A stretch of DNA of 64,000 bases from Camelus dromedarius (lineage: Eukaryota), in assembly GCF_036321535.1 (NCBI RefSeq), contig NC_087454.1, forward strand, positions 18,166,001-18,230,000. The letters are read 5' to 3'. The notes beneath the pieces were generated by a model. The model saw only the letters and a list, made by a program, of their open reading frames with translations, did no database searches and was not told the DNA's origin. Position 1 is the first letter of the stretch, and each line of letters begins with the position of its first letter. The position numbers and the translations under genes were made by a program. Positions 37,860-51,790 of the stretch are shown here, piece by piece.

Positions 37860-40060
37860 CAAATTTTTTAGGTTTAGTAGCTGCAATAACTAATTCAACC
37901 TTGGTGAGAGGCGGCCCCTATTGGGCCCATGCATACGTCCCCTCATCTGTAGTTTATGCTTTCCTGGGTGGTCATTAACATTTGATACAAAGATGCATAC
38001 ACTGTGCGGCCATTCTTATAGATTCATTCACATATTTATTCTTCAGACCTCCTTGTCCTCAAATTTCCAATCTTACTCTTTTCAGGTTCTTGATAAACCA
38101 GCCAAATCAATTCAACCCTGCCCAGGAATATAGTAGATACTTACCTCAGACATATTTTCTTAATATGAAGTGTATGACTAGATGGGCTGCCTGAATCTCT
38201 GCCCGTTGGGAAGATCACCACTCACTAGCATCTTGCTGGGATACCCCTGAGTAGGGGTGTATAACAGCAGCAGCCCATTTTTGGCTCTCATCAACATACC
38301 AAGCTGACTTATCTGTTAACCAGATCTGGGTTTCCCTCTTGTTTTAGGTGGCCCTAGTGAACCCTCCATAAGTGTATTGGTATAAGCTGAGAGAAAGGCA
38401 ATGGTGAAACAAAAGTAGATGATATAGGAATGTGGACTACCTATTTGCCCCAGACCACTAGACTCTTTAAAATGTTATTGATATGCTAGAACTCTGAATC
38501 TTGCAGGTTTATCTCCCACCCTCTGGACTACATGTATCCTAAGGAGCAACTAGAGTAGTTGCCACTTCCTTCTCATCAGGCTGATTAACATAATGTCATC
38601 AGCACGGTGAACAGCATATGCTTAAGAATGTCCAGATGACCACAGTCCTGTCAGGCTCTACCATCAATGAGAACAAAGAAGTTAACATAGCCCTAAAGCA
38701 AACTGTGAGTGTATACTGTTATCTATACCAAATGAATGCAAACTGCCTCTGAGAGTCCTCATTTATGGGTATTGATAAGAATGCATTTCTATCAATGAGA
38801 TCAGTGCATAATAACTACCAGAGTGTGTGGATTTGTCCTATTAAAGATATCTGTCACAGCAGCTGCAATGGTGCTACCATTTGGTGAAGGTTTCAGTAAG
38901 CTATTGTCATCCACCACAATCCATCTGATTTTTGCAGGAGCCCTTCCGGTGAATGAACTGGGGATATGATGAAAACCACTATCTCTATACATTTAAGTGT
39001 TTGAGGGTGATACTAATCTGCCACTCCACCTGTGAAGTGCTCTTGATTCTGATACACTATTGTAGCTGAGGCAGTTTAATGGACCTCCATTTAGCCTTTT
39101 GTACCACAATGTGCCTTAGTCAGCAAGCCAAGACACAATGGGAAAGCTTTGTCATCTTCTAAATATATACCTTCCAGATACTCTCACAGACTGGGAATAT
39201 GAACACTGCATGGATCCACGGGCCCAGTGAACTCTGAGATCGATACAATAATGTCTCTCCAAAGATGTCAATAGAATCTGTGAATATGTTACCTTATGTG
39301 ACAAAAGGAACTCGGCAGAAGTGATTAGGGATGTGGAATTTGAGATAGGAAGATTATCCTGAATTATCCAGGCTGGCCCAATCTAATTACACTAGTATCA
39401 AAATCACCCTACTCTAGAGAATCTTTCCCAGTTGTGATCAGAGATAGCTGCAATGACAGGAGAAGAATCAGAAAGATACATGAGAGACACTCAGCCAGAT
39501 GTTAGCTTTGGTGAAGAAAGGGGGCGATAAGCCAAAGAATACAGGCAGTCTCTAGAAGATGGAAAAGGCAAGGAAACAGATTCCCCCTAGAGCTCCAGAA
39601 GGAATGCAGTCCTTCTGATACTTTGATTTTAGCCCAATGAACCTATGCTGTACATCTAACCTATGAAACTCTAAGTTAATAAATTTGTTGTGTTTTAAGC
39701 CACTAAGTTTGTAGTAATCTGTTATAGCCACAATGCAAAACTAGTACAGATCCATTCTGAGATGAACTTAGGCCAGGACTTCATTCATCAACTGGTTCAT
39801 AGGTGGCTCCTTTCTGACAGAGGGTCCATGACGGTATTTGTGTTTGCTGGTATCAAAGTTATCTTGGCCCTCTCTACCCAAAAATCCTTGAAAACTGAAA
39901 ATTCCCACTTTCACAGTACATGGTCATTCTGGTACATAACTGCAGTGACATTCAGGGAGGAACCGGGGAAACTGTTACTGAAGACCAATACAAAGCTTCA
40001 ATTTATATGAATGCTGTGTCCTTCTTCAGTGGGAACTGGTCTCTTTTTAGTTCCATGGTC
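37860..40060 (-). mobile_element. ERVL-class internal region (protease-RT-RNase H-integrase start), heavily decayed and interrupted by an MLT1D LTR
   Basis: Minus-strand translations in pol order resemble ERVL: HGPSVR..EVLA*VHL (protease), KAKWRSIKLP, QKSDGLWWMT, TIAAAVTDI, AFLSIPINEDSQRQFAF, VHRADDIMLI (from VHYIDDIMLI, ~38581-38612), SQRAEIQAAHLVIHF (RNase H), AWAQ*GPPLTK. Confidence 0.85.
39243..39748 (+). mobile_element. MLT1D-like MaLR solo LTR nested in the ERVL
   Basis: gaatatgttaccttatgtgacaaaagg, tctagaagatggaaaaggcaaggaaacagattcccc, ttaagccactaagtttg, aactagtaca end. Confidence 0.85.
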
Positions 40061-40089
40061 TCTTCTTATTCTGGGTACTAGCATATATC

Positions 40090-41340
40090 TGGAAGCTGGG
40101 CAAAGGATGCTGATTTTAAAAAATGAAGGCAATTGCTACTGATCGTTTTATGTCAGAACCCCTTGGAGAAATGGCTGAATCTAGAGCTGTGATAGGGAAC
40201 TATAAGATAAACCTGGATATTTTGTGCTACAGAGCAAGGAAGTGTTCAAAGAATGATGGGGAAATAGCAAGAGGACACAGACATGAGGCTATATAAAATG
40301 CTAATATTAGGGGAAGCTGGGTAAAGGGTACACAAGAATCTTCTCTGTGTATGTTACATCTCTACTATAAATATACATTTTTTTCAAAATAAAATCTTTC
40401 TTTAAAATGGACATAGAAGCTAGGCTGAGGGAGTTCTCACTGAACAAAACTGGAATTATTTGAACATCAAAATGAATAATGATATTAATATATTACAACC
40501 CATTGAATAAATAGGAATCTACATAGGAAGGAAGGAAGAAGATTTTTCCTTGTAGTAGAATGTCAACTAGTAACTGTAGAAAGAATGACAGAATTAGAAA
40601 ATCATACTTATAATTAATTCAGCAAGGAAACATCAATAAGTGCTAAAGTAAGCGGGGGAAATTTACTGAGGAATGGGATATTTACATTTTACCACCTCAC
40701 AAAATACTTCTTAATTACAGTAAGAAAGAGTAGTAACTTTACAGTGCAGAAACCTGCAATACCCTACTTTAATCAAATGATCAAAGTTCTTATCATCTGT
40801 AATGGGCCAAACTGACATCATTTGCCTTCCTAATATGAGCAAATGAGAACACAGCATCAATTCTGTGATTTTTCTGCCAAAGATGTGTAACCTATCTAAT
40901 TATTAAGAAAATACCAGATAAACCCACATTGAGGAATTTGGGTTATTTTATAAAATAACTATTCTGTACTGTCTAAAGGTGTCAAAGTCATGGAAGTCAA
41001 GTAAAGACTGAGGAATTTTTCCAGATTGAAGAAGACTAAAGAGACATGAGAAATAATTACACAATACATGATCCTGGATTGGATCTTTTTCTATAAGCAA
41101 TATTATTGGTACAGCTTTTAAAATTTGAATGGAGTGTGTGAATTAGATGACACTAATATGTAAATGCAAAGTTCATCGTTTTGATAGTCATTTGTGATTA
41201 TATCGAAGAATGACCTTATTTGCCGGAAATTCATTAAGGTATTCGAGGGAGCAAACTGCTCTCAAATGATTCAGGAAATAGTTATTTGTACTAGTCCTAC
41301 AACTCTTCTACAAATTTGAAATCATGACAAAACTAATAAA
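40090..41340 (+). mobile_element. Old L1 (L1MC/MD-like) 3' region
   Basis: attaggggaagctgggtaaagggtacacaagaa, tttacagtgcagaaacctg, gatcctggattggatc, ending in aataaa. Confidence 0.65.
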
Positions 41341-43179
41341 GTTTAAAAAAACTTCTGGCATCTAAAAGAACACTAACTCTTTTAGAGTGGTCTCAGGCCT
41401 GCCTAAGTCTCCTCAGCCTTAAAGACGAGCTCAGGGAGAGCTCTTATCATTTCTCCTTATCCACAATCAAAGCAAGTGCCCCCACCCCCTCCACCCCCAG
41501 ACGCAAAGTCTAAAGGAAGCACAGATGTTAGTTTCCTTACACATGCCCCACTGCTCTTCCTTTTTGGACAGGACAGCAAACCTGTCTAATTGCTTCAGTG
41601 GAATATATATTCCCACAGGCTTCAGAGAAGATAATAAAATATTTTTAGTTCTCCAATCTGAGTTCAGTAACATTTTAAAGTATAAATGGTCTTTATTACT
41701 TCAGAATAGTTCTTTAAGAGTTTGAAGCTCTGATCTCAGACTCCCGGTGTAGGATATGCTGAAGCCTACCATGGGCCTCCGGATGGAAAGCGAACCAATT
41801 TAACAGGAATCAAGTCAAGGGTCAAAGTGTAGGTGTAAACCATACACTTGCTTAGCGAGTGGTTGCCCTTTCACATCGGCCTCCTGGTAGGCTCTATCTG
41901 TGCAAGTTCGGAAGCAAGTTTCAGAGTAAAGTCACAAGCGGGCAAATATCCTCAGGAACAGAGACCACTAACCAGCTTCCAAGGACTCAAACTGATGTTC
42001 AGAAGAAAGAAAAGTAGTGAGAGGAGAAGAATTAGAATAGAAGTAAGTCCTGACATTATTTCCTCATGGATACTTTAAGAGAAGGCAAGTTTTATTTCAA
42101 TTATTTAATTTTTTTCTGATAATAAATTTTTTTCTTACCCTGATCTACTTGTCTCTTAACCATAAAAACATGATTGGCAGTCATACTTAATAGTATTATT
42201 AATGGCTATATTTTCCTTTGACATATCTAGGAAAAAAGAGGGCAGTAGGGACAACTGCATAAGGAAGCAAATACTGGACTAGAGTATAACTTTTAATGTA
42301 GTTGATAATAGATAATCATAGAAGTATAATTCATGTAGACTAATGAAGTACTAAAAATCCATGCTTATGAAATTCTAGATAAATTTCAGATTCGTGGATT
42401 CCAACACAGAACTTCTACCCAAACTTCAGGAATTCTACACATTCACAATTAAGAACTATGAACATAATAACAACTATGAACTGTTTTTAATTATGATGTC
42501 AGAAATGTATACTTATACTAAAACTCATCAGTTTTCTATTTTTTCTGACTATTTAGATAATGCTAATATTCTATTTGTAGATGATCCATGTGTATTGATA
42601 CAACGTATGTGTATAAAACATGTTTCAAAATATTTTTTAGCTTGGAATACTTCAAGAAAACTTGATATATAAAGACAAAATCTTCCAGACATTTGAAAAA
42701 TCTATCAATAATAACTGCTTTATCCCGTTGGATAAGTTTCTATCAGTTTAAGATTTCATTAATTCAAGCTAAAGTGGAATCAGGGTCTTACTTTGATATT
42801 GAGAGTCTACTGATTTTATTGTACGCCACTATTCTTATCTCCAAACAAGGACTAGTAACTGTATCTTCATATCAATCTGTTTTAAGAACAAATTGATGAT
42901 CTTAAACTTCTTAAACAGATTTTAATTTATGTACCTCATGTGATCAGTGACTCTAATCATAAGCAAATGCAAAATAAAATAAACCAATTAGTAAAATACT
43001 TTCCCAAATCTTTAAAACATTCTATGGGTCATATTGTCTTAATTTGTACCTAAATGGATATCATTTTAATTTAAAAAAAAAAAAGATTGAAAATTTCCTA
43101 AAAGTTCTTTTTTTCCCCCAGGTAAGTAAATTTTTATATATTATATTCATCGGAATAATAGTGATTTGATAAGTTGGAA

Positions 43180-44050
43180 AGGATGCAGATGTCCATCTGC
43201 CTAATGGACCTTTTCACTAAGAGGTTCTATAGAAACTTCATATTCACTTGTCCCCCAAATTAAATTGGTTATCACCACCAATTCAAAGGTACCCCCCTTT
43301 CCTTCTGTGTTTCTACTTTATTAAGCAACTGTGCAACCATACAGACATAAACTTGAAGACCCTGCTTCACCATCCTCCCATCTCTCATCTGATAAATCTC
43401 CCAGTGCTGCAGATTCTCTCTAGCATCGCTCGTCCATCTATCTGTAGGCTTCTCTTTACTGCAGCTTTCACAGGGTAGCAGATCACAAACATCTTTCATC
43501 TAGAGATCTGCGCCCATCTCATGGTTGCCTCCCACTTTCCAGTATTGCTCTTGTCTAATTCATAGCAGCCAGAGTAAGTTCTAAAATCCAAACTCAGTCA
43601 TGTAACTCAATGCTACTCTCTTTTTTAACATAAAGACAGAACTCCTTAACATGAACTACTAGACCAAGCATACACTAGCCTTGATTATATCTCCAGTCTG
43701 AGTGAATTTCGTTCCCTCATCACACTGCACAATACCAAGCTATTTCAACTTCTCCCGTGTGACACTCTTTTTCTTGACTCTAGTCCTCTCATGTTAAAGC
43801 TCTTACCCTGAGGTCCTACTTCTTCCAAGAACACATCCCTCATTCCCTGGGTTATAGGTTAGTACCCCATCTATGTCTATACACCTTCCAATCACATTAT
43901 ATGTCACACTCTCTACTATAGTTGCCATATTATTCTCTGAATTCCACTTTGGACTATAATCTCCATGAGGGCAAGGATCATCTATATATTGTTACATTAT
44001 CCCCAGAATTTTGCATGGTGTCAGTTATATGATAGACACTCATGTTTTAT
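43180..44050 (+). mobile_element. L2 fragment
   Basis: cagccagagtaagttctaaaat, gactataatctccatgagggcaaggatca. Confidence 0.6.
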
Positions 44051-45119
44051 TTTTTCCTAGATATACCTCAAGCTTTCATTCTGTACAAGTAGGACACCTA
44101 CAGTTGACTAAACTGCCAAAAGCTTTTGAATAAAGACTAGACTGGAAACCATGAATGAATTATAAATAAGGAGAAGAGTATTAATGAAAAAGAAATTTAA
44201 AAATTAGAAAGACAAGCAATATTAATTTTTACAGATAGTAACAGAAAAAATAAGACTATAAAAGTGCAAATAAGACAAACGGGACTTTGAAACAGACATT
44301 TTCTTCTCCCAAAAATTATAATAAGGCCACTCACTCACTAACTCTATTTAAATGACACAGTGGGCTTCACTGCTCTAGTTCCAGTATACCGCTTTGATGA
44401 AACTGGTGACTGGAGATGAAGAACCACAGATACTGCATGTAAACACAACAAAGCAACCCTCTAAAACCCAGCAGTTCTCGAGCCACATGTGGCCAGGAGC
44501 ACTTACAAGGAATATAACTTCTGTGATAATAATAAATCTTTGGGTATATGATATATTAGGCAGAATAATAAATATCTCACAAATTAACTTCTTTATCTTT
44601 ACCCCAGATAAGGGATATTGTTGCTGTTGTTGTCATCTCACTGGACAGTTAAGGATACTCATGTGAATATAACTTGCCTAAGGTTACATAGCTACAAACC
44701 AGGGCTGAGCCTTACTTCAAATGAAGATTGATCTACCCAAAATGGACTTACCTACTATTCTTTGCTGCCTTTGTAAAAGTGAGAACATGGAGACAGATTA
44801 ACGGTGGGAGAGCATCATCAAGGCAGAGTCATCCATCAGCACATTGCATCCCATGTTCCTAAATTTCAGAACCTATTTCATATCCAAATTTTCGTAGTAG
44901 TTCTTTAAATTTGTCTGGTCTTCTGAGCCTAACAATTTCCCATAGCCTTAACAATCTACATGAGAACTGAAGCTTTGTTGTCCCTGGGTTTGGGATGTAC
45001 CTGGGCATGTCCAGAGTCAGTTTGCCTGACAGACTGAGAAAGTCCTGGTATGTAATTCAACAAACAAATTTAAAGTATACATATGTTTTGCTTGAAGTCT
45101 TTACCAAAATATAAGCATG

Positions 45120-45300
45120 TCGAAAGCTAATTTATTTAACCCCTTAAACAACCCTTTGAATTAGGAACTATTATTATGCCCATTTTACAGGTTATAAAAT
45201 TGGGCACAGAGTGTTTAAGTAAATTGTCCAAGGTCTCTGAGCTACTCAATAGCATTGCTGGGATGTGAAACCATGCTTCAGGGTCTGGGCTGATTACCAG
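45120..45300 (-). mobile_element. MIR fragment
   Basis: cccattttacaggttataaaattgggcacagagtgtttaagtaaattgtccaagg. Confidence 0.6.
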
Positions 45301-45739
45301 ACTGCTGCCTCTTTCTCAATTATCTGTTGGTCACTCAAGTAAAGATATTCAGAAAAAGTTGAATGTGCAGATCTATATTTCAGAATAAAAATCTAAGAGC
45401 TATTTAATTGATAAGCATCAGCATATGAATGGTATTTGAGTCAAGTGTAAAGATGATATCAGAATAATATTTGAAGTAAGTTGGATCTAAAATATGAGAA
45501 GTACTAACATTCAAGATTTGTGCTTGGTAATACGAGTTGTTCTTGATATTGTTATTTTCTTTGTGTGACATACTAGAAGCATTTAATACTTTTGTCCATA
45601 TCAGTTTTGAAATGTTTTCTTGGATTCCATTTCACAATGGAATAGAAGAGACTTAATGGAATAAAAAAGAGAGAAAGAGATCAAGTTAATGAAAATCATT
45701 GTTACAATACAGTTCAATATGGTATCCAATATAATTACA

Positions 45740-45900
45740 CATATAGTTTCATCCTTACAATAATTCTGTGAGATGTATACTTTACCATTTCTATTTCACA
45801 GAAAAGGAAATTGAAAACAGAGCAGTTAAATATCTTGACCAAGGTCATAAGACTGGTAAGGGGAGAGCCATGATTTGGACGATTGTTCCAATATACTACT
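45740..45900 (-). mobile_element. MIR fragment
   Basis: tcatccttacaataattctgtgagat, cacagaaaaggaaattgaa, cttgaccaaggtcata. Confidence 0.6.
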
Positions 45901-47114
45901 GTGAGCTGTATATTTTATGTTTATATTTTTCTAAGTAACTAAATTGTAAATTTTGTTTTAAATGTATTATGTATTTAAATGTAATATGTATTTTAATCAA
46001 AATAATATTTGCAAAAGTTAAAGCAAGAATAAGTACAAAAAGATCTGCCAATAACAGCAAAAATAATTTTATATAGTGTCTTCCAACACCAGTTTGTACA
46101 CTTCAAGGATGAAATTTTTAACTCTTTCTCTTTAAGTTCAATTTATTAATTCTAGGCGTGTACTTATATATTGATTCCTTGATCTACCAATTTTAGTGTC
46201 TGTTGTCGGTGCTTTACCGATACTATCAGTTTATTGTTATTGTCATCCTTCCGTTGATTGTGTAACTTTTACGATATACTCAAACTTCTATACCTTGCTT
46301 CACCACATTTAGAACTACTTTTTGCTTTCCTTCCACTTCTCCTCCTATTGTATACCTCCTGGCTTTTGTCAGCAGTAAACTCATGCTTTGTCAAAATTGA
46401 CCTTAGGTTTCTAACAACTCTAAGCCCAATAACAGGTAAAGAAGAAGCAGATTAGCAAAATTGAGTAAGAGAAAAATCACAGTTCTCCCCATATGTCTGA
46501 GCACATTTCCACCCACCTAACACCTAATGAAAAGTAATGTTCAAGAAGTAAGAAATAAACAAACAAAATAGATTTAAAAAATTTTAAAAACAAGAGTGAC
46601 CAATAGAAGAATGACTAATAGTATCCATGTGTGTATATACACATATGCCACATAATATATTTTCTGGTTGTAATTATTGATTTAAAATATTTAAAATGCA
46701 TCTAGATTTTTTGCATATTTTATCTATTTTTACTCTGTGATTATAGAAAATAAATTATGTCAGATTGTCTAATAATTTCAATTATAATCTTTTCAATCAT
46801 TGTTTTAGGTTGTATTTACAATATCAATTTTTCCCAAAAAGGCTATTTTTAGCATAACTTTGTCAGTAACATTGTTATGTTTGAAGTTATTATTTTTTAC
46901 TTAAAATCCAGCAAACTTTGAACTAATTAATAACTGTTTTTTTAATTTGTTTAAGAAAACTGAATTTTGGTGACATATTCTTAACTTATCCTAAATAGAG
47001 TTCTTTGACATTCTCATTTGATTGGGAACAAATCAGTGATTAAAGGATTCAGAGCACTCAACTGCATCCAACTGGGGTCATAAATAAATACATTATCTTT
47101 CTGTTTTAGCCCCG

Positions 47115-47290
47115 TGGTATTTAGAAACTTGATTTGAGAGTCAGACACGGATCTGAATTCCACACCTACATCTTCCCAGCTGTGTACCCTCAGTAAGTTA
47201 CTAAATGCCTACCTTCAAATTCAGGTGTGAGTATTAAATAAGACACTCCAAGAAAATACTTAGCACAATGCTAGGCAATAAGTAAGGGCT
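47115..47290 (+). mobile_element. MIR fragment
   Basis: gagtcagacacggatctgaattc, cccagctgtgtaccctcagtaagttact. Confidence 0.6.
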
Positions 47291-49817
47291 TAATATCATT
47301 GATAGTCATTATACATTAATTTGTGTGAGTTTTTGATGAATGTCTGTTTCTTCCCCTAGACTACAAATCAATAAAGTAAATTACTATCTTAGAAATCTTT
47401 TGTCTCTGACATACAATACAGAGCTTGGTAAGTAATAGGAGTTTGATAAATATTTGTTGAATATGCAATGATTTATTAATATAAATATTTTCAGTAATCC
47501 TTATTCCTAAGGTCATATCTTGACTTCTCTGATCTAAGGTTGTATCAATATTGGGAGAGGCCTTTTAAAATCACTTAGAATATAACTTCCAGTCAAGTTT
47601 TCTTCTCAGGCCACCTATGCAACTCTAATTAATTTAAACTGAGTAAAACAGTTTAGTCTTTAGTAATAACACTGCTAGTAATTATACTCAAAATGCACTG
47701 TCTTTTTCAGTTCTCTTCTTGATCATGTATAACATAGACCTGTCTTTTCTGGTTTATAATCATAATAACTAACACCTAAAACATAGTTTATGGTGTGCAG
47801 TTCACAAACGTGTAATGGTGTGTAAAGATATCAGTGTGTATGAAATACTGGTGTAGAGCTGGCAATGGAGATGTGATCCCTTCGCTCTCACCTGTCCCTC
47901 CTGGATCTCATATTACACTTATTTGGTGAGAAAAGCTCACTAGTTATAGTAGGAACTAGTTACAGTGACTATTTGAAGTGGTAACTGGTAGAGTCACAAA
48001 GCCCTTTAAGCACCTGAGGGAGAGGTGGCACTGAAAACTGTAAATCACATCAGCCTTGGGAGGTAATGATTTAAAGGGACAATACATAGAGTATTGAGCA
48101 AAAGTCTTTGAGTCAAGCACCATAGTCTGTAGATACAGCACAGGAAACATCTTCATTAATTTGAGGTGCTGAGAAATGTCCTGTTACTGTTACACATAAG
48201 GTCATAAAATCCTCTTAGAGTGTTTTAAACTGTCTGATTTTGGAAGTGCTTTTGACACATTTGAATGAAACTAAAACCTTTACTTCTTCAATTATATAAT
48301 GCAGTCAAAGGGAATCTTTACTTCGAGGAATTACTCACAGGATTTTGAGATTTTTCCTCTACATATCAAAGTTTTTAAAAGCATTCATTTATGACTTTTG
48401 AATGGATACATTGCTTTTAAATATGAAAAATTGATTTACCTGGATTTTTTTCTAATTTGACAATTAGTTCTTTCTTGGAGATTAAAACAGCATATTTTTA
48501 AGGCAACATAATAGTATTCTCTGTCAATGTATTAAAGTTTATAAATCGTATAAATTTATAAATGATATAAATGGAATTATATCATCTACATATTTATAAT
48601 TTTATTATATCATTTTATATAAATATAAGTTTCTATTTATATCGACTATATTTATTTTATAATTTGTCATTTAAAAAGCTGTAAGTCTGCCTTAGTTATA
48701 TCCAGTTAAAAATATAATTATGAACATCATTCATAAAATGAAGAAATTGTTAAAATACAATATTCATTGAAAACTCCATAATTGTGTCTTCATAAAATTT
48801 CAATTTATTGAACATAAAATTTCAGTTTTATGAACTATGTGAGAATATAGTTGGAGGTAGGGAAAATAAGAACTTCATATAAAGGATAAAGTAGAAACAA
48901 GGATCACATCACTTACAAAAGAATTCATATGTTGTTATGGATTCAATTGTTAAGTATAAATTGAAAGGTGGGGCCGTGAATTCCAATAAGTATAAATAAA
49001 ATCAGCCTTTACCTTTATTTGCACTGGTATGCAAAGAGTCACTTTTGAGTTCTATTGATAGACTTTTCTATGATCTCAGTGACAAATGTTTTCACAAATG
49101 CAATAAATGAATAAACATCAAAAAATTAATTAACCTCATAGGTAATATCAAATTTAAACAATATGAGATTTGGGGGGAACCAAACAATTGCCAAAGATTT
49201 AGGGGAAAATATACTTGGTTAGAATGCAGTAAAACAGGTACTTTTATAATCTTTCTAGCAAGACCTTTAAAATATTGGAAATATCCTTAATAACTAACTA
49301 CAGAGAAATGATTAGAAAAATGATGACACAGCTATAGCAATATTATGCAAATATTAATGATTATTTTTTGTAGAACTTTAAAACCAAAGCAAATTTTCAC
49401 AATGTACAATTGTGAAAGCAAATTTAGAATATAAAATGTATAAACACACCATTATTTAGGTTGTGTTAAATTACATATGCTCATAAGAAAAGAGTGAAAA
49501 GAAATAAATCAATATTGCAGTAGTGATTGTTTCTGGGATGTGGGTAATCTTTTCCTATCCTTTACATATGTTTGTGTTTTCTAAATATTGTACAATGATC
49601 TGTAATTTTTTGTATCCAAAACAGAAGACAATAAAAAGAGATATTCTTCCTAAAGTATATAATCTATATCTACACAGAATAGTGAAATTTTATGTATTAT
49701 TTTGCATGATCACTTGGTATAAGCCTCCTGATTCTATGGATTCCTTAGCCTGCTTCATTAAGAACATGGTGCACTCCTATCTGCTTCCCTGCAGGTGTGT
49801 GCTGATTATCCACTGTC

Positions 49818-50736
49818 ATGACCAACCAGAGCTGCCAGGAACAGTTCATCTTGTTGGGTTTCTCAGACAGACCCAGGCTAGAGCAGATCCTCTTTGTGTT
49901 TGTCCTCATCTTCTACCTTGTGACTTTAGTGGGCAATATTGTCATTATCTTGGTTTCCTGCCTGGACCCCTGCCTCCACACACCCATGTACTTCTTCCTC
50001 ACTAACCTGTCCTTCCTAGATCTCTGCTTTACCACCAGTTCGATCCCCCAGCTACTCTTCAACTTAGGCAGCCCAGACAAAACTATCAGTTACACGGGTT
50101 GTGCCATCCGGCTCTTCATGTTCCTGGGACTGGGTGGCACAGAATGTGTTCTCTTGGCAGTCATGGCTTATGACCGCTTCACTGCAATCTGCAAGCCCCT
50201 CCACTAGTCTGTCCTCATGCACCCTCAGCTCTGCTGGAAGTTGGTGTCTGTGGCCTGGGGAGTTGGGCTTCTCAACTCCCTGGTTATGTCTCCAGTGACT
50301 ATGAAGCTGCCATGATGGGGGAGATGTATGGTGAAACATTTTCTATGTGAGATGCCAGCTCTGATAAAAATTGCCTGTGTGAACACAGTGGCTGTGGAGA
50401 GCACTGTTTTCATCTTATCAGTAATAATTGTCCTGGTGCCCCGTCACTTATCCTCATTTCTTACAGCTACATTGCCCTAGCAGTGCTGAGGATTAAGTGG
50501 CCACAGGAAGAAGGAAGGCTTTCAACATGTGTGGGTCCCATCTCACTGTAGTCTCCTTGTTTTATGGGAATATTATCTATATGTATATGCAACCAGGAAA
50601 TAGTTCTTCTCAGGACCAAGGGAAATTCCTTACCCTCTTCTACAACCTGGTGACTCCCATGTTGAACCCTGTCATCTACACACTGAGAAATAAGGATGTA
50701 ATGGGTGCACTGAAGAGGTTTGTGTCCAGAAAGTAA
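49818..50736 (+). pseudogene. OR2W2P: Olfactory receptor pseudogene, OR2W subfamily (OR2W2P-like by position)
   Basis: OR frame from ATG 49818 has TAG at 50205-50207 (PLH*, replacing Y) and TGA at 50313-50315 (likely CGA>TGA). There are -1 frameshifts near 50442 and near 50498. The frame resumes with [14 protein letters not shown]...[15 protein letters not shown] to a stop at 50736. The symbol is inferred from synteny. Confidence 0.88.
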
Positions 50737-51084
50737 GGTGACAGTGACTTTTCCTAATGTTATTTCTTTTACTTAGTTAATAGAAATAAATCATTCTTGA
50801 AGTAAAATGTTTAAATTAATTTAAAAATTCCTACCTACCCAATAAAAACTGCCAGGGATGGAGTTTGAGAATATGTACTATTAAAGCCCCAAATATGATA
50901 CTGATGATTAGCTGGATGATAGGTAAAATTTAATTTTCATAATAATTTGTTTGACATTTCAAATCATCTTTTCTCCTCCTTTTCAAGTTGACCACATCTA
51001 ATTAAAATTCAACAAAACCATGAATCAATATATATAAAAATTTGGACTAGAATATATAATGAATGTGTACAAGTCAATAATAAA

Positions 51085-51790
51085 AAGGCAAGCAATCTAG
51101 TGAAGAGTGAGCACAAAGCTAAAACCAGACATTTCACAAAATAAGATGTATGCATAGCGAAAAACACATGAAAACGTGCTCAGTGTTTTCATCTTCATGT
51201 ATATGCAAATTAACATCACAAAATACCACTTCATAATCACTAAAATGGCTAAATTAAAACAGAAACTCTGATAATACCAAATATTAGTAAAGATGCAGAG
51301 CAACTGGTACCCTCACGTGTCACTTGTGGAATATAGAGTGATACAATTACTCTGAAAAAGTGTTTGGCTATTTTTTAGAAAGTTAAACATACATCCTCTA
51401 TGATAGAGTATTTACACTGCTGTATCTTTTCCTAAGAAAAATGAAAACAAATGTCCAGAAAAAAGGTTTGTGCAAGAGTAGTCTCACAGTGGTTTTGTTC
51501 ATTGTAGCACAAAACTAACAACAATGCAAAAATCTACAATGGAAAAAATGTGATAAGTCACAAAATGTAGTTCCATTCATCAATAAAAATGAACAATCTA
51601 TTGATATATGCAACAGCATGGAAGAACCTCAAAACCTTTCTGTTGTATGAGAGGTCAAACACTAAAGGATGAATACCCTATGATTCTAATTTTATGAATT
51701 TCTAAATCATCAAAAGACTAAGATTATAGAGAGCAGATCAGTGGTTTCATTCAGGGATTTTTACTGGGAAGGGACATGAAGGAATTTTTT
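51085..51790 (+). mobile_element. Old L1 (L1ME-like) ORF2 end and 3'UTR
   Basis: agacatttcacaaaataagat, aaataccacttcataatcactaaaatggctaaaatt, gagcagatcagtggtt. Confidence 0.7.

Noticed and set aside
48530-48670. Very AT-rich stretch with TATA-like and palindromic runs
   Set aside because: Low complexity with no defined repeat unit or motif cluster.
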